DNA of 64,000 nt from a virus, in IMG/VR virus record IMGVR_UViG_3300044695_007092, positions 1 through 64,000 of that record; one strand, written 5' to 3'. The position numbers were made by a program, and so were the translations under genes. Positions within the stretch are counted from its first letter, which is position 1; each line of letters starts with the position of its first letter. This document shows, piece after piece, positions 1 to 8,967 of this stretch. Below the pieces are notes generated by a model. That model was not told where the DNA came from. It searched no databases and saw only the letters and a program-made list of their open reading frames with translations.

Positions 1-255
1 GGCCCTCAAGGCCCTGAAGGACCGCAAGGAAATCAAGGCCCATTTGGCCCTCAAGGCCCTGAAGGACCGCAAGGAAATCAAGGCCCATTTGGCCCTCAAG
101 GCCCTGAAGGACCGCAAGGCCCACAAGGAAATCAAGGCCCATTTGGCCCTCAAGGCCCTGAAGGCCCGCAAGGAAATCAAGGCCCATTTGGCCCTCAAGG
201 CCCTGAAGGCCCTCAAGGGCCTCAAGGGCCTCAAGGTAATCAAGGCGTAACTGGC
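1..255 (+). repeat. Tandem ~45-bp repeat encoding Gly-X-Y collagen triplets
   Basis: The unit ggccctcaaggccctgaaggaccgcaaggaaatcaaggcccattt recurs about 4-5 times with 9-bp indels. Confidence 0.95.
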
Positions 256-1044
256 CCCGTTGCAGGATCAGCAAATCAGGTAGTTTATAAAGATGGAAGC
301 AATGCTGCTGCTGGCTCTTCGAGTTTTACTTTTGATGGCACAACAGTAGCTGTTCCTATACTTTCAGTAACTAGAACTGCCGGCACAGGAACACAAAATC
401 CTTCAGTAACTGTTACTGCTCCTGCTCACACAGCTTTGACTGCTTCTACTGAATCTAGCGATCTAAATATAAACCTAGCAAGGACAGCACAATTTGCGAC
501 TGGTGCTTTAACTCTTCAAAGGGCAGTTAGAATACAAGCCCCAACTTATAGTTTTGTTGGTGCAAGCACAGTAACTAATGCTGCAACAATTCAAATAGAT
601 TCTGCTCCTGCTGCCGGTAGTAATGCGACTATAACCAATGCTATAGCATTAAGAGTTCTAACAGGCACTACTACTGGTGTTGGTATAGTCATACAAGGTG
701 CAACTTCTCAAACTGGAGATTTGTTCGAGGTTAAAAATAACTCAGGAACAGATTTATTTTCTTTAAATAATAATGGCACTTTATTATTAAACCCATACGG
801 AACATCTACTGGTCAAACTAATGAAATACGCTTTTTAGAACTAGCAGCTAACGGAACAAACTATGTAGGGTTTAAAGCTGGGGACAGCGTAGCTGCTAAT
901 GTAGTGTGGACTTTGCCAACTGCTGATGGTACTAATGGGCAGTTTCTGTCTACAAACGGAAGTAGTGTTTTATCTTGGGGTACGCCAACTTCTAAGTCAG
1001 CAGGGAGCGATATTTTCTTAGCTAACAATTTTGGAGGTTTATAA
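1..1044 (+). CDS. Collagen-like tail fibre protein, 5'-truncated by window edge
   Basis: Frame 1 reads [15 protein letters not shown] repeats and runs open into the 436..1044 ORF. The C-terminus has typical fibre motifs ([22 protein letters not shown]). Confidence 0.85.
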   Translation, partial: GPQGPEGPQGNQGPFGPQGPEGPQGNQGPFGPQGPEGPQGPQGNQGPFGPQGPEGPQGNQGPFGPQGPEGPQGPQGPQGNQGVTGPVAGSANQVVYKDGSNAAAGSSSFTFDGTTVAVPILSVTRTAGTGTQNPSVTVTAPAHTALTASTESSDLNINLARTAQFATGALTLQRAVRIQAPTYSFVGASTVTNAATIQIDSAPAAGSNATITNAIALRVLTGTTTGVGIVIQGATSQTGDLFEVKNNSGTDLFSLNNNGTLLLNPYGTSTGQTNEIRFLELAANGTNYVGFKAGDSVAANVVWTLPTADGTNGQFLSTNGSSVLSWGTPTSKSAGSDIFLANNFGGL

Positions 1045-1490
1045 TGCCAGTAACAGCAACACCTATATTTGCTCAAGCACCGTACTTTGTAGCAAAGACG
1101 CTAGCAGCACAAACAGCTTGTACCACTAGAGGCCCAACAGCAACAGCTAGCCTTGCAGCAGCAAACATCATCGAAGTTGTGCCAACTTCTACCAATGGGC
1201 TAAGAATTGATAGCATCCAAGTTAATGCTTGCTCTACTTCTTTTACTGCACCTACCGCTGGTAATATTGTAGGCATATGGGTATGGGATGGAACTACAGC
1301 TTTCTTATTCACGGAAATACTTGTGACTGCTGTAACTCCTTCGACTACTGTTGCTGGATTTACTACCACATTGACTTTTGCTAACCCTCTTGTTTTACCA
1401 TCTACATTTAAACTTTTTGCCTCCGTTAGTGTTACTACTACAGCTAGTACTACAGCTTTGCAAGTATGTGTAATGGGAGGGGCGTATTAA
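1044..1490 (+). CDS. Putative tail/fibre-associated structural protein
   Basis: Thr/Ala-rich, beta-rich 148 aa. TAATG-coupled to the fibre gene upstream and the collar gene downstream. Confidence 0.6.
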   Translation: MPVTATPIFAQAPYFVAKTLAAQTACTTRGPTATASLAAANIIEVVPTSTNGLRIDSIQVNACSTSFTAPTAGNIVGIWVWDGTTAFLFTEILVTAVTPSTTVAGFTTTLTFANPLVLPSTFKLFASVSVTTTASTTALQVCVMGGAY

Positions 1491-2143
1491 TGCCAGGAGC
1501 ATTTAGCTATGGAATGACTCCGACTAACTCTCCAAAGGGTTCTGCATTCCAAGCAGTTCAACCTTCTGTAATTCCTGTCGGTGTTATTGAAATGTTTGCT
1601 GGTTCTACCGCACCAAATGGATGGCTAGTATGTGACGGAAGTACTGTTAGCAGAAAGACTTATGGAGATTTATTTAAAGTAATTGGTACTACTTATGGTG
1701 CTGGAAATTCTAACACAACATTTACTTTACCAGATATGAGGGGAAGAACCCCTATTGGTGTAGGACAAGGAACTGGGCTAACAAACCGCACACTTGGTGG
1801 AACAGTTGGAACTGAAAACGAGACATTGTTATCTTCACAAATTCCCGCACATAGTCACCCTAATACAGTAAGTGGTGGAACTACTAGTGGTATGAGTGCA
1901 AACACGGTTCATAATCACTCTGTTGATCGAGCAGCTTGGACTAATAGCGGATCTGCCCCATATACATTTACTGGTGGTGGTTCTAATATTGCTTTGCAGA
2001 ATATTGGGATTAATAATTCGGCATCTTTAGACCACACACATACATTTACACCAAGTATTACAAACGCTAATAATACTGGTGGTGGTGGATCGCATAACAA
2101 TATGCAACCAAGTATTGGCTTAAATTACATCATTAAAACATAG
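1490..2143 (+). CDS. Phage tail collar domain protein
   Basis: PVGVIEMFAGSTAPNGWLVCDGSTVSRKTYGDLFKVIGTTYGAG..TFTLPDMRGR and HNNMQP..LNYIIK motifs. Start placed at ATG 1490, overlapping the upstream stop. Confidence 0.9.
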   Translation: MPGAFSYGMTPTNSPKGSAFQAVQPSVIPVGVIEMFAGSTAPNGWLVCDGSTVSRKTYGDLFKVIGTTYGAGNSNTTFTLPDMRGRTPIGVGQGTGLTNRTLGGTVGTENETLLSSQIPAHSHPNTVSGGTTSGMSANTVHNHSVDRAAWTNSGSAPYTFTGGGSNIALQNIGINNSASLDHTHTFTPSITNANNTGGGGSHNNMQPSIGLNYIIKT

Positions 2144-2151
2144 GAGAGATT

Positions 2152-2691
2152 ATGTTTACGCAAATAAGTTTGAATGCAATTGTTATAGGATCTGATTATT
2201 TATTTACATTGATGGCAACAGATGAAAACAATGTAAGTAAAAACATAAAAATGCCTGTAGACCTTAACTCGTCAGAAGGCCTGCTTATTACTAACTTAAT
2301 TGATAAAGCATGGAATTACATTCCAGATGCTGCACCCGATGAGCTATCACAAGCTAAAGCCAGAAAGCTACAAGAACTAAACAGAGAATGGACAGCCGTA
2401 GAGAAAACCGGATGGGACTCTGGTAAAGGCTATCACCTAGGTATTACTCCTGCTGATGTTGCCCTTATTGTAGGTGTGTTCTCTTTAGCTAGAGAAGCCG
2501 CAGCAATGGGCTTACCTTTGCCAGGACTAATCAGCATGGAAAACAATACGATTGAATTTGAAACCATACAAGATATGACTGTACTGCTTATGTACTATGG
2601 TAAGGCTAGATCTGATATGGCTAATGCTTTTGCTGCTAGGCGCAAAGCAGTAGAAAATGCTACTATGATTGAAGAAATACCTGTAATTTAA
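2152..2691 (+). CDS. Tail fibre assembly chaperone-like protein (DUF4376-like C-terminus)
   Basis: ELSQAKARKLQEL...AVENATMIEEI pattern, directly after the collar gene, with an AGGAG RBS. Confidence 0.6.
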   Translation: MFTQISLNAIVIGSDYLFTLMATDENNVSKNIKMPVDLNSSEGLLITNLIDKAWNYIPDAAPDELSQAKARKLQELNREWTAVEKTGWDSGKGYHLGITPADVALIVGVFSLAREAAAMGLPLPGLISMENNTIEFETIQDMTVLLMYYGKARSDMANAFAARRKAVENATMIEEIPVI

Positions 2692-2704
2692 AAAAGGAGC
2701 AGAC

Positions 2705-3526
2705 ATGCCAGTAGATCCAGATTGCGATACAGGTGATTGCGGAGACGAGCCACCAGACGCGGACCCAGGCTGTTGCGGGGCATTAACATGCGAAGAAAAC
2801 GAGACTTGTTGTAATAACACCACCTGCGTTCTAACTTCTTCATTTCAGACAGATTCAAACAATTGCGGCGGGTGTGGTATTGTGTGCGATCCAGGCGAGA
2901 CCTGCGTAGACGGAGTATGCACGAGTGAAAACTTAGGGTGCTGTCAAACTTATACATGCACTGAGAGCGGGTGGGTGCTTACCAGCAGAGTGACAACTTC
3001 AGTAAACTGTTCAACTGGAAGCTCAAGTTGCTGCGATCCTGGAAATGTAACCTGCGTTGGTGCCGAGTATAAAGTTTGGAACGGCTCAGGGCCATGCCCT
3101 GGGTGCTGTTATGATTATATATGTGACGGGGAAGGCATGTTAACGTTTACTGGAAAGAGCCCAGCCGCTAGCTCTGCGTGTGAAGATTCTTATTGTTACT
3201 ATAATTGTTACGGCGATTTAGCGTGTCGAGGCCAGACCAGCAACCTATACTATCCTGAGGAGACGTGCCCATCCGCTCTAGGAGCTCCATTAAATAAAGA
3301 AATAGTTGTGTCGGATACACCTTGCGTAGACGGAGAATGTGAAGAGCACGTAGCCACTTGGATGGCGGAGCCTATAGGCGAGCCCAATGAAGACGGCCTT
3401 TACAAAGTTAAATGGATATTGTTAGATGACTGCCCTGGAGTGTGCTGTAGTGATCAGCCTACGCAGCCTGAGTTTGTAAAGACATCGACACTTGTTGACG
3501 CACCTTGTAAGTGCGGCTGTAACTAG
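2705..3526 (+). CDS. Cys-rich acidic protein with Stig1-like repeat motif
   Basis: 37 Cys in 273 aa. Contains the DSNNCGGCGIVCDPGETCVDGVC motif. AAGGAG RBS. Confidence 0.7.
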   Translation: MPVDPDCDTGDCGDEPPDADPGCCGALTCEENETCCNNTTCVLTSSFQTDSNNCGGCGIVCDPGETCVDGVCTSENLGCCQTYTCTESGWVLTSRVTTSVNCSTGSSSCCDPGNVTCVGAEYKVWNGSGPCPGCCYDYICDGEGMLTFTGKSPAASSACEDSYCYYNCYGDLACRGQTSNLYYPEETCPSALGAPLNKEIVVSDTPCVDGECEEHVATWMAEPIGEPNEDGLYKVKWILLDDCPGVCCSDQPTQPEFVKTSTLVDAPCKCGCN

Positions 3527-3535
3527 GGACCTACG

Positions 3536-3856
3536 ATGAACAGTAAATACTTAATTTTAGACGACAAGATAGTGTTCAGTCTTCTTAAAGATAGTACTCT
3601 TGTAGAGCAGTTTTCTAGCATAAAAGCAGCGCTGGAAGCCGCTAAGAACAAAGCTGATAGCCACGTAGTGAAGCAAGGCTGTAAGCCGTGCCAAGTTAGG
3701 TCTAAGCAGATTACTATTGATATTATGGCCGTAAAGAAGGCTATAGCTAGGCTGGGCGATGACGACAAGATAAAGATAAAAGAATTATTAAAAACAGAAA
3801 AAGTGATCGTAGTCTTTAAAGGTGACAACGACATAGTTTCAAAAATAGAGTTTTGA
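3536..3856 (+). CDS. Small CxxC protein (paralogue of 6285..6605)
   Basis: GCKPCQ motif and end-to-end similarity to 6285..6605. Confidence 0.75.
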   Translation: MNSKYLILDDKIVFSLLKDSTLVEQFSSIKAALEAAKNKADSHVVKQGCKPCQVRSKQITIDIMAVKKAIARLGDDDKIKIKELLKTEKVIVVFKGDNDIVSKIEF

Positions 3857-3865
3857 AAGGCCCCT

Positions 3866-5797
3866 ATGGGCAAAAAGACGATAATAATAAGACACAATAG
3901 GGCAGCCGGAGACATACTAGTTCTAACGGCAGTCGTCAGAGATATATACAAAGCCTACTCAGATAAGTTTGATATAGGAGTAGAAACTCCTTTTATGGAG
4001 CTTTGGAATAATAATCCATATATCATAAAGCTAAAAGATAAGAGGCTAGGCGCCGGAGTATATAACCTGAGCTACGGTGATGGTATTCAAAAGGCTGGAA
4101 AAGAGCCCCTACATTTTTTACAAGCATTTCATGACGACTTTAAAAAGAAAACAGGATTAGAAGTTCCTCTTACATCACCAAAGCCTGATATACATCTTAG
4201 CGATGAAGAGAAGTCTAAAAAACTAGTAGATGGCAGGTACTGGGTTGTCCTGTCAGGTGGTAAGGCCGACTTCACGACAAAGCATCCTAGATTCTTTGAT
4301 ATCCAAGACACAGTGGATACTATAGGGCAGCTTGGAATAAAATCTGTACAAGTTGGGGCTAAAGGCGGCAAGCCTGCTAGCTTACATAGGACTTTAAACA
4401 ACGCCATAGACCTTAGAGGGCAGACATCGCTAAGGGATCTACTTTCCCTAATATATAACGCAGATGGCGTTATATGCACTATAACGTTTGCAATGCATGC
4501 TGCGGCAGCCCTAGATAGGCCTTGCGTTGTTATGGCAGGAGGAAGAGAAGAATGGTGGTGGGAAGGTTATGTAAGAGAGAATCCTGCTTTTAAAGGCTTA
4601 AGCGTAGATGTACCTCATAAGTACCTGCACACTATGGGATTGCTAGACTGCTGCCGAGGGCCTAGAGCTTGCTGGAAGAATAAGGTAACAAAAGCAGAAG
4701 GCGATAAATCGTACTGCAGCTACCCCCATACTGAACCAGAGGGCCAAATAGTTCCACTGTGTCAGCACATGATAGGGGCCAATAAGATAGTAGAATCAGT
4801 AATGTCCTATTATATCAGTGGAATGTTAACTCCTTTAGAGGCGTGGAAGGAAAACAATATGTTGCCTGCAGTAGATAAGCCCACCCATGTTATTCTCCCC
4901 GATGGGAGGAAGGCTAGGATAGAGGTTAATATAGAGTACGACCCAGACATAACTTCAAAAAGGCGCATAGAGATTCCAATAATAATTCCGCCTGCAAGGC
5001 TAGAAAATAGGGATATGGTAGTTAACTTAATGGAGACGTCTCCAAAATCTAGCCCAATAGATAATCCTCTAATAGGAGGAAAGGTTACTCTGTGTCTTTT
5101 GGTATATGGTAACTACCCAGACATGCATAAGAGATGCCTTAATGCATTATCTTCTGTGCCTAGGAGTAGGCTAGAGGTAAGGGTTTATTTAAACAACGCC
5201 TGCCAAGAAACTATAGAGCTAGCAGAAAGTATGCACAAAGATAACAGAATATCAGTACTTTATAGATCAGACTCTAATAAATTTAAATATCCATGCATGA
5301 GACAGATGTTCCACGACCCTGATAACCCAATAGATACTAACTGGACAATATGGTTTGACGACGACACTATGGCTGACGTAGATAGCTACTGGCTAGAAAA
5401 AATGTGCCAGGCCACCATAGATGCAGAGGCTTCTGACGAAAGACTTGGTATGGTGGGCCCGCGGTACTTCTACAGTATGAACAAGCCACATATAGACTGG
5501 GTAAAGCAGGCCTCGTGGTATAAAGGGCGAGAGTTTAGAGATAAGATGGGTAACCAGGCTCCTAATGGATTTAAGATACATTTTGCGTCGGGGTCCTGCT
5601 GGATGCTTAGGACATCGTGTATAAAAGAATGCGATATACCAGATATAAGGCTTAAGCATAACGGTGGTGATATATGCATAGGCGAACAAATATGGCAAAA
5701 TAGATGGAACCTTAAGAACTGGAATAGCGATAAAAGGATAGTACTGTGGTCTAGCGTACCTAGAAGGGGACACCAGGAATCTATATTTGGAATATGA
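3866..5797 (+). CDS. Two-domain glycosyltransferase: GT9 (heptosyltransferase-like) fused to a GT-A-fold domain
   Basis: N-terminal AAGDIL, IDLRGQTSLRDLLSLIYNAD, MHAAAALDRPCVV motifs and a Cys cluster. C-terminal WFDDD (DxD) and HNGGD motifs. Confidence 0.8.
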   Translation: MGKKTIIIRHNRAAGDILVLTAVVRDIYKAYSDKFDIGVETPFMELWNNNPYIIKLKDKRLGAGVYNLSYGDGIQKAGKEPLHFLQAFHDDFKKKTGLEVPLTSPKPDIHLSDEEKSKKLVDGRYWVVLSGGKADFTTKHPRFFDIQDTVDTIGQLGIKSVQVGAKGGKPASLHRTLNNAIDLRGQTSLRDLLSLIYNADGVICTITFAMHAAAALDRPCVVMAGGREEWWWEGYVRENPAFKGLSVDVPHKYLHTMGLLDCCRGPRACWKNKVTKAEGDKSYCSYPHTEPEGQIVPLCQHMIGANKIVESVMSYYISGMLTPLEAWKENNMLPAVDKPTHVILPDGRKARIEVNIEYDPDITSKRRIEIPIIIPPARLENRDMVVNLMETSPKSSPIDNPLIGGKVTLCLLVYGNYPDMHKRCLNALSSVPRSRLEVRVYLNNACQETIELAESMHKDNRISVLYRSDSNKFKYPCMRQMFHDPDNPIDTNWTIWFDDDTMADVDSYWLEKMCQATIDAEASDERLGMVGPRYFYSMNKPHIDWVKQASWYKGREFRDKMGNQAPNGFKIHFASGSCWMLRTSCIKECDIPDIRLKHNGGDICIGEQIWQNRWNLKNWNSDKRIVLWSSVPRRGHQESIFGI

Positions 5798-5808
5798 GGT
5801 AAATACTA

Positions 5809-6276
5809 ATGACATCTTCATCTATGGGATCTAGCGCATCAAACTCATCGTCACAGGTTCAATCAGATAAGCACGGCGTACGTCTTAAAAGGTTTAACCA
5901 AGAAAAGTTTGTAATTAATAGCGTTGATGGCTACAGAATGAAGATAGTAGCCTACGACGCTAATAATATGAGCAGCTACATATTTAGGTATATACGAGGG
6001 CCTTTTAGCCAAACAGCTGGGGCATACTTTGAAGAGTTCGATGGAGTATGCTCCCCTGCAGACCTAGAAGAGTTTCCGATGGATACTCCTACGCCATCCT
6101 CAAATCCTGCGTGGTTTAGGAAGGATTATATAGATCTGGTATTTAGATCTCAGACTACAGCAAATGAGTCTTGGGATAGGATAGTAAAGGACGTTGAAGT
6201 ACTTGTATCGTCCTTAGACCTTATGGACAATATAGTTGTGGAGAAGATAGTAGAAATAGGCGATCCGTTGATATAG
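5809..6276 (+). CDS. Hypothetical protein
   Basis: 155-aa ORF with GAGG RBS, in operon. Confidence 0.7.
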   Translation: MTSSSMGSSASNSSSQVQSDKHGVRLKRFNQEKFVINSVDGYRMKIVAYDANNMSSYIFRYIRGPFSQTAGAYFEEFDGVCSPADLEEFPMDTPTPSSNPAWFRKDYIDLVFRSQTTANESWDRIVKDVEVLVSSLDLMDNIVVEKIVEIGDPLI

Positions 6277-6284
6277 GAGAGGTT

Positions 6285-6605
6285 ATGGCTGAAAATAAAG
6301 TTGTAATAATTGATGATGGCCTAGCAGTCAGCATTATAACCAATACTAAGATTACTCAGGCTATTCCAGCCCTTAAGGTGGCTGCCGACAACGCTAAAAC
6401 CAGAGGCATATCCCCAAACAAAGGTGGATGTAAACCGTGCCAGCCCAAGGCTAGCAATCTGGCTATAGACCTTATGTACATAAAGCAGTCAATAGCCCAG
6501 CTATCAGACAGTGATAGAAAAAAGCTTAAAGAGTTTCTAAAGACAGACAAGATTAGGATGGTTTATAGAACCCAGTCTAACCGGCTAGTGCAGCTCACAT
6601 ACTAG
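6285..6605 (+). CDS. Small CxxC protein (paralogue of 3536..3856)
   Basis: GCKPCQ motif, IDLMYIKQSIAQL..D..KLKEFLKTDK. Confidence 0.75.
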   Translation: MAENKVVIIDDGLAVSIITNTKITQAIPALKVAADNAKTRGISPNKGGCKPCQPKASNLAIDLMYIKQSIAQLSDSDRKKLKEFLKTDKIRMVYRTQSNRLVQLTY

Positions 6606-6608
6606 CTT

Positions 6609-6634
6609 AATTCGACCCATTTTTGCGTCATAAT
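6609..6634 (+). promoter_or_regulatory. Putative phage promoter or cassette-start motif AATTCG-N10-GCGTCATAAT (copy 1)
   Basis: The same motif with identical spacing occurs at 59551-59575. Both copies are intergenic and sit at the start of a cassette. Confidence 0.6.
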
Positions 6635-6637
6635 ATA

Positions 6638-6833
6638 GTGTATCCCTTTACTTATCAGATTACTCCGGTAAAGGATATAGCCCTCCATGGCTCTGTCTTG
6701 ACGGATGACAGTATTGGAGCGCCAGCTGGATCGTGCGCATTTATACCCCATGGTTATTAGGCTTTCCATGGCGTAAATAAACGGCCAGCCTCACGGCGGG
6801 GATGCAACATAATCCTTAACTCCCCAAGCCGTG
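6638..6833 (+). ncRNA. Array of four consecutive hairpins upstream of the tRNA (putative structured ncRNA)
   Basis: Stems tatcc..tttac/gtaaa.ggata, ctcca..ctgtc/gacag..tggag, gctgg..ccatgg/ccatgg..ccagc and cacggc.gggga/tcccc..gccgtg. No ORF of 60 aa or more. Confidence 0.5.
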
Positions 6834-6837
6834 TACA

Positions 6838-6910
6838 GGGTCGCTAGTTTAATTGGAAAAACCGGGGACTCATAACCCCCAGTATCCTGGTTCGAATCCA
6901 GGGCGGCCCC
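6838..6910 (+). tRNA. tRNA with CAU anticodon (elongator Met or Ile2), atypical
   Basis: Acceptor GGGTCGC/GCGGCCC, anticodon loop CTCATAA, T arm CCTGG-TTCGAAT-CCAGG. G1-C72 pair argues against an initiator. No encoded CCA. Confidence 0.85.
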
Positions 6911-7003
6911 CTTGGCGATGCCTATGCAGGTTGCGTTAACCTGCAGTTCATGTGAGATACGAGCCTGGCATCGCCAAATTTTAAACTAAAGAAAGGAAGA
7001 TTA

Positions 7004-7411
7004 ATGCCTAGGGAATGTGTTGGGTGTTTTAAAGCAATTGAGGAGCAGATGGCCCCCACTTGCGAATATTGCTTCCAGTGCCATCAGAAGAGGCTGGAGA
7101 TAGACTGGTTAGAAACAAAGGACGACCCAGAGGTTGCCTACCAGTACAGGGGCTGGAAGGTGACCGCGTTTGCAGGCCGCTCTCTGTTTGACCGGCACGC
7201 GAACTGGGTATTTGTAGAAGGCCATATAGGGGATAAGACTATTGAAGTCTCCCTCAAAAAAAGAGAAGGGTCAGATGACGAGTTTATCGTCGTAATTGGA
7301 GATAAACAGTTGGTTGTGAAGGCCACTGACTACCCTGAATCAAGGGCTGGCCAGGGCCGGATTCAATCTTCCCATGACCACCTAGAGTGGATCGATGGCC
7401 CAGAAGAATAA
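7004..7411 (+). CDS. Hypothetical protein with N-terminal Cys cluster
   Basis: CVGC...CEYCFQC motif, AGAAAGGA RBS. Confidence 0.7.
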   Translation: MPRECVGCFKAIEEQMAPTCEYCFQCHQKRLEIDWLETKDDPEVAYQYRGWKVTAFAGRSLFDRHANWVFVEGHIGDKTIEVSLKKREGSDDEFIVVIGDKQLVVKATDYPESRAGQGRIQSSHDHLEWIDGPEE

Positions 7412-7435
7412 TCTACCTATTATATAAAGTCCATA

Positions 7436-7493
7436 TGGACTCCTTTTCTTTAATTAGAAAAGGAGTCCATTATCCCTTCTATTTTTAGCTATT
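7436..7493 (+). terminator. Hairpin followed by TTTTTAGCTATT (end of cassette 1)
   Basis: atggactccttttct-ttaatt-agaaaaggagtccat, then atttttagctatt. Confidence 0.6.
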
Positions 7494-7550
7494 GGATATT
7501 GTGTTATCTGAGAGTAAACAGTAATATTTTAAAAAGAAAGGAGGCCTAAC

Positions 7551-7823
7551 ATGATTAAGGCCGTTAAAAGCAAAAGTGAAAGAGTCGGGTCTAAGGCGAA
7601 TATCTGCGTAGAGGCTAAGAATATAGAAGAGGCCCAGTCACAAATGTCCAGGGAGGCAGCGATCGAGCATTCAAAGATGCTTGGTATGGGCAGGCCTGGA
7701 ATCTCTGGAATTCCGTGGTTAGAGTGGGTAGACGACAAAGGTGTCGCCATCCCTCAGAACGAGTTCCATAATGCGCCGGTAAAGCTGGTGCACATCAATT
7801 GGCCGATCCAAGAAGGGCTCTAA
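7551..7823 (+). CDS. Hypothetical protein
   Basis: 90 aa, strong AAGGAGG RBS. Confidence 0.7.
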   Translation: MIKAVKSKSERVGSKANICVEAKNIEEAQSQMSREAAIEHSKMLGMGRPGISGIPWLEWVDDKGVAIPQNEFHNAPVKLVHINWPIQEGL

Positions 7824-8539
7824 TGAACACGCCTCAGGGCGGAACTCATAGCCGACCAAATAAAGGTCATGAAGCTATGAGGTCCGTATGGACAAGTGAT
7901 GAATCATACGCCACTACGCTGGTGCTATGTTTTATTGACGTTTACGGGACAGAGGGGCTCGAATGGGACCCTATGACCATTAGAAAAGAAATAGAAGAAG
8001 ACTTCAATCTAAAGATGCCTCCAAAAGCTTTTAATAAGCTAATGGCAGGGATCAATGTAGCTACCACGGATCAATTCTATACCAGCCTTCCTGACTTTAT
8101 AGACCTGTGCAACATAATGTCAGGTGACACATTAGACCCTAGATGGTTTGATCCGGCTGACCCGGGGGAATGCGCTTGGGGTATAACGGAGGCTATGTTT
8201 ATATCGCCTCCTGAAAGAGAAGAAGAGAATCCTTTCGCTCAGGATATCGTGGGTTATATAGCAGAAGTAATAAAGTCGCACGGAATACAGAATCCTCCAG
8301 ACGTTCTTAAGATAGGTCTTAGAGGAGATGCGGCACAGATAGCTGAGAATGTAGCACAAACCTTTTCAGATGATCCTGAAATGTACTCAGCAATTTGGAA
8401 GGTACAACAGGAGAAGTCAGACGAGATCAGGGCCTACGTAAAAGATAACCTTAGAAGTCTTTTAGGTCAGATAGAAAAGCTTCCGTTAAATAATGGAGAC
8501 GTCTCCAATATAGTTAAAAAGATGATGGATCAAAAATAA
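7823..8539 (+). CDS. Hypothetical acidic protein
   Basis: ORF 7799..8539. Likely start ATG 7823, coupled to the upstream stop. Confidence 0.7.
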   Translation: MNTPQGGTHSRPNKGHEAMRSVWTSDESYATTLVLCFIDVYGTEGLEWDPMTIRKEIEEDFNLKMPPKAFNKLMAGINVATTDQFYTSLPDFIDLCNIMSGDTLDPRWFDPADPGECAWGITEAMFISPPEREEENPFAQDIVGYIAEVIKSHGIQNPPDVLKIGLRGDAAQIAENVAQTFSDDPEMYSAIWKVQQEKSDEIRAYVKDNLRSLLGQIEKLPLNNGDVSNIVKKMMDQK

Positions 8540-8560
8540 GAGTAGTTAATTAATCCCATT

Positions 8561-8592
8561 AAAGCCAGCAGATGTTTCTGCTGGCTTTTTTC
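8561..8592 (+). terminator. Rho-independent terminator
   Basis: aaagccagcaga-tgtt-tctgctggcttttttt. Confidence 0.8.
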
Positions 8593-8609
8593 ATTTGAAA
8601 GGACTCACT

Positions 8610-8966
8610 ATGGACTCAGTTAAAGTATTGGTGATCTGGGTAGACGGATCTACATCTTACGAAGAATTGAAAGGGGAAAACCTATTCAGTCAGATAGAGG
8701 ATCTAATTGGAGGTCCTGCAGAAAGCTTTTACTATACGGAAGGCACTATATGTTATGGAGAGAATGCAACAGAAGAGAATGAAGATGTAAATGAGCTTGC
8801 TACAGAAATAATTAATGAGCTAAGCAATGGAATCCGGAAGCGTGGTTACCTTTATGGTCCGGTAGTAGTTACTGGAGTAGAGGACGAAGACGGAAACGTA
8901 ACGTCGGTAATGAAGGAATTTGCCGATGATATAATTTGTCAGTCAAACACAAGAATAGGAGGATGA
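8610..8966 (+). CDS. DUF3846-like protein
   Basis: VLVI..DG, DLIGG..E, NELAT and LYGPVVVTG.EDEDG pattern. Confidence 0.6.
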   Translation: MDSVKVLVIWVDGSTSYEELKGENLFSQIEDLIGGPAESFYYTEGTICYGENATEENEDVNELATEIINELSNGIRKRGYLYGPVVVTGVEDEDGNVTSVMKEFADDIICQSNTRIGG

Positions 8967-8967
8967 A

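Noticed and set aside
44-250. 68-aa ALKALK-repeat ORF in the ORF track
   Set aside because: It is an off-frame reading of the collagen repeat. Frame 1 gives Gly-X-Y and continues to 1044.
6685-6826. Possible TIGR-like array (CCA recurring at roughly 18-19 or 37-39 nt intervals)
   Set aside because: Spacing is irregular, no repeat sequence is conserved, and the CCAs are explained by the hairpin stems.
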